A stretch of DNA of 64,000 bases from Mobula birostris. Lineage: Eukaryota. This document shows positions 61,103 through 64,000 of the stretch, one piece after another (the stretch's first letter is position 1; every line of letters begins with the position of its first letter). The stretch covers positions 21,406,613 to 21,470,612 of the forward strand of contig NC_092392.1 in NCBI RefSeq assembly GCF_030028105.1, given 5' to 3'. A program made the position numbers and the translations under genes. Under the pieces are notes generated by a model. The model worked only from the letters and a program-made list of their open reading frames with translations, made no database searches and had not been told where the DNA came from.

Positions 61103-63359
61103 CAAGGAGAGGAATAAACAGTCAATGTTTTAGATGGTGTAGCAGTTAGCGTGACACTATTACAGCGCCAGCAACCCAGGTTCAATTTGTATGTTCTTCC
61201 CATGACTGCAGGTTTCCCCTAAAAGCTCTAGTTTCCTCTCACATTCCACAGCTAAACTTTTCTCTTGCTAGTGCATTAGCTTTAGAAATACTACTTTTCT
61301 ACATTATAAACATAATCATCTGTAAGAGTATTTCATAATTAGATTTACAGCAGTATGTTATTTTTGAAGTGTGTCTTGAGAAGTTCTCAATTAAGTACTA
61401 AGTAATGCAACTGTCAGTGTTATCACCAGGTATAAATTGAGCTAGTGGATATATATGGTATGCTTAACCTCTCAAAGCATTTCATCACTGTCGATGTGAG
61501 TGCTACCGGGGGATAGTCATTAAGGCAGTCCACATTATTCTTCTTTAGCACTGATACAAAGAAAACTTATATTACAAAGAAAAAGCATTTAAAGTGCCAC
61601 GCAGTTTTCAGGCGGCGTAAAAATTTCTTACACAGCTGTTAAAAAAATTAGAACGTTGCTTAAGACAGTCACCTCCTACTTTTAATTTTTTTAACTATTT
61701 TGAAATCAGTGTAACCTATGCAGCAGAAGTGTAGATATTTAAATAATTTCCACTAACTGATTTCAAATTATTTAATTAAATCCTTCTTTAGTTAGTGAAG
61801 TTGACATTAAAATGAGACTTAAAAGTAACCACTTTCATGTTGTGGATATTTGACAGCTTTAAAGTGTTTGGCTGGAATAACCAATTCTTTTCCAGTAGTG
61901 TGGAAGTTAAAAGAATGATTGCCATTGCATTGTGTCATTAGCCCACCTTTGTGCTATGGCTCAGCAGTTTCCAGCATTTTGGCTTAAAATATGTCAGTGA
62001 CTTTAGAATGCCTCCAGCTCCAATCATCCCAGCCTATTTGTAGGTCCTTGCTCCAGCATCAGACAGCAGACTTTGAAGCTCCATGGTAGGGCAGCCTCAC
62101 TGTAGAGAAACAATTCACATGTGTTATGCCATTGTATCGTCCTACTAAAACCATTGATTTAAACGTGGTCATTGTATATTTTGAAATTCTGATGCCTTTA
62201 GTGGGTTATTATTGAAAAATGCTTATGAAGCGGACCAACAGTATGCTCATTAATTTCACTGAGAAAAGCTACTAACCAAGTGAGTTTTTATATCTATATT
62301 TATTGCTTGAACATTTGTTTTTATATTTTATTTGATTTTATTTGGGATGTGGGCGAGTTCAAAATTAATTTGTCCACCCCTAATTGCTTTCTAGAAGGTG
62401 ATGGAAAACTAATTACTGAATAACTGTAGTCCTTATGTTGAGTTCAGGCTGATCAACACCTCCACCCATTAACCTGTCCCACCACCAGTACATACACATC
62501 ACCTAGCGTCACTTTATGCACATACAATCAGTCCATGTATATGACAGTTACTTGTGTACATTGTGTTTGATAGGATTGCTTTTTTTATGCTGCATCATAT
62601 GCAGAGTAGCAATCATTTTATTCTCCTTTACACTTTTTTTTAAACTGAAGAATGACAATAAACAATATTGAATCAATGCTGTTGAGTTCCAGGATTTAAA
62701 TACGACAACCTTGAAGAAGTGGTGATGCATTTTCAAGTCAGATTGTGACTTAGACAACATGCACCTGAAGCTTTGCCCTGATTAATGATGGACAGTATCG
62801 GAACGTACTGTCACGATAGTCATTGAGTTACTGCAGTGTATTTTGGCGATGACACACTGCAGGTACATTGTGATGTAATTGAATGTTTTGGGGAAGATGA
62901 GGAGCCAGTCAGGTGGCTGCATTGTCCTGGGTCATGCTGAAGTTTGGGCTGGGGAGAATTTTAATTTGGATCTATCCAGTCAAAATGATTAATAGATACA
63001 ATTTAAATGCTTACAAAATAGAATGCTCTTTTATTCTGTATATTTTTTCATCATTTTATTAGTCACATAGATCAATCTAAAATCTTGTGGAACTCACCAA
63101 ACTCAGCTAGACTTCTACTGGAAATGTTAGAATTTTGCTTGGTGTCTGTGTATTGAGGTAACGAAAATCAGCTCAACTTCTCATCCTTGCTTTGATCTTT
63201 GGTGCTTTGACAGGTTGATGTGCAGCTTTGAGTGAAAACACATGAAAGCTCACTGTCTGGTTACACAAAATACATAGCAACGAAACAAGTTATTGGAGGA
63301 ACTTGCGGGTCAGACAGGATCTGTAGAGGAAGTAGATACTCTGTGTTTTAGGTTGAGAT

Positions 63360-64000
63360 CCTTCATCTAATCTCCCCTGCACAACAGCCTCCAACCTGAT
63401 AGTTATCCAACCCTATACTGTGTTTCTATCTCCTACCCAAGAATCATAAACAGTACTCCCCTGGTAGGTGCATTGTTTCTGTCTGCCTTTACCGCACTAC
63501 AGTTATCTCCTCAAACCTTAATGTTCCCTTCTCTTCCCACCTATATCCAGGACACTTTGTATGCTTCCAACCATTTTAACAGCTTCTAATAGCTTGACCT
63601 TCAAGGTGCATTCCACACCCCTCCCATCCCCATCTTCATTATGGATGTTCAGTCCCTATATAACCCTACTCCCATCAGAAAGGCTTTTAAACTCCATTCC
63701 TTTCTAGAACATAGATCCAATCAGTTCCTCTCTGTCACCTGCCAGAATTTCTGCTTATCCTGAAAAATTCCTCCCTTGAGTTCTCTCGCTTTCAACAAAT
63801 CAAAGGTGTAACTGTGGGCACTTGCATTGACCGTAGCAATGTCTGCCTTCTCTTTGTCTTACACGGCACAGTCTTTGATCCAAACATACCCTGGCATCAC
63901 TCGCTAGCTCTTGACAACATCAACTTCACTACCGGCTTCCACCCTGCCTTCATTACAGATAAAGGTTCCCAATCCAAAATGTCGGCTGTCCATTTCCCTC
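63360..64000 (+). mobile_element. Old degenerate Penelope-like RT fragment
   Basis: ttcattatggatgttcagtccctatat (FxMDVQSLY-like) and caacaaatcaaaggtgta (QQIKGV). Confidence 0.6.

Overview
Eukaryotic (vertebrate) genomic DNA. The repeat content (V-SINE/HE1-like SINEs, CR1, Rex1/Babar, Penelope-like elements) suggests a cartilaginous fish, probably a ray; this is inference. Three genes lie in the order known from human 10p14. KIN (Kin17) is on the minus strand, with coding exons 1-7 inside the window and the rest off the left edge. ATP5F1C (mitochondrial F1 gamma) is complete on the plus strand and shares a 474-bp bidirectional promoter with KIN. TAF3 exon 1 is on the plus strand near 58 kb. 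All called exons have GT/AG boundaries and keep the reading frame. Most of the remaining sequence is nested transposons. Most notable observations: (1) a Penelope-like retroelement family whose 3' end carries a minimal hammerhead ribozyme. One copy has an intact core (46502-46537), and many short, often self-inverted, TSD-flanked derivatives are scattered through the window. (2) A 37-nt cassette exon in ATP5F1C (41141-41177) with an upstream TGCATG and a weak donor; it mirrors the mammalian liver/heart switch but encodes a different C-terminus (LSF*). (3) TAF3 exon 1 sits between two ~400-bp direct repeats, one interrupted by a hAT element with a perfect 8-bp TSD. Repeat boundaries are approximate and were read by eye.
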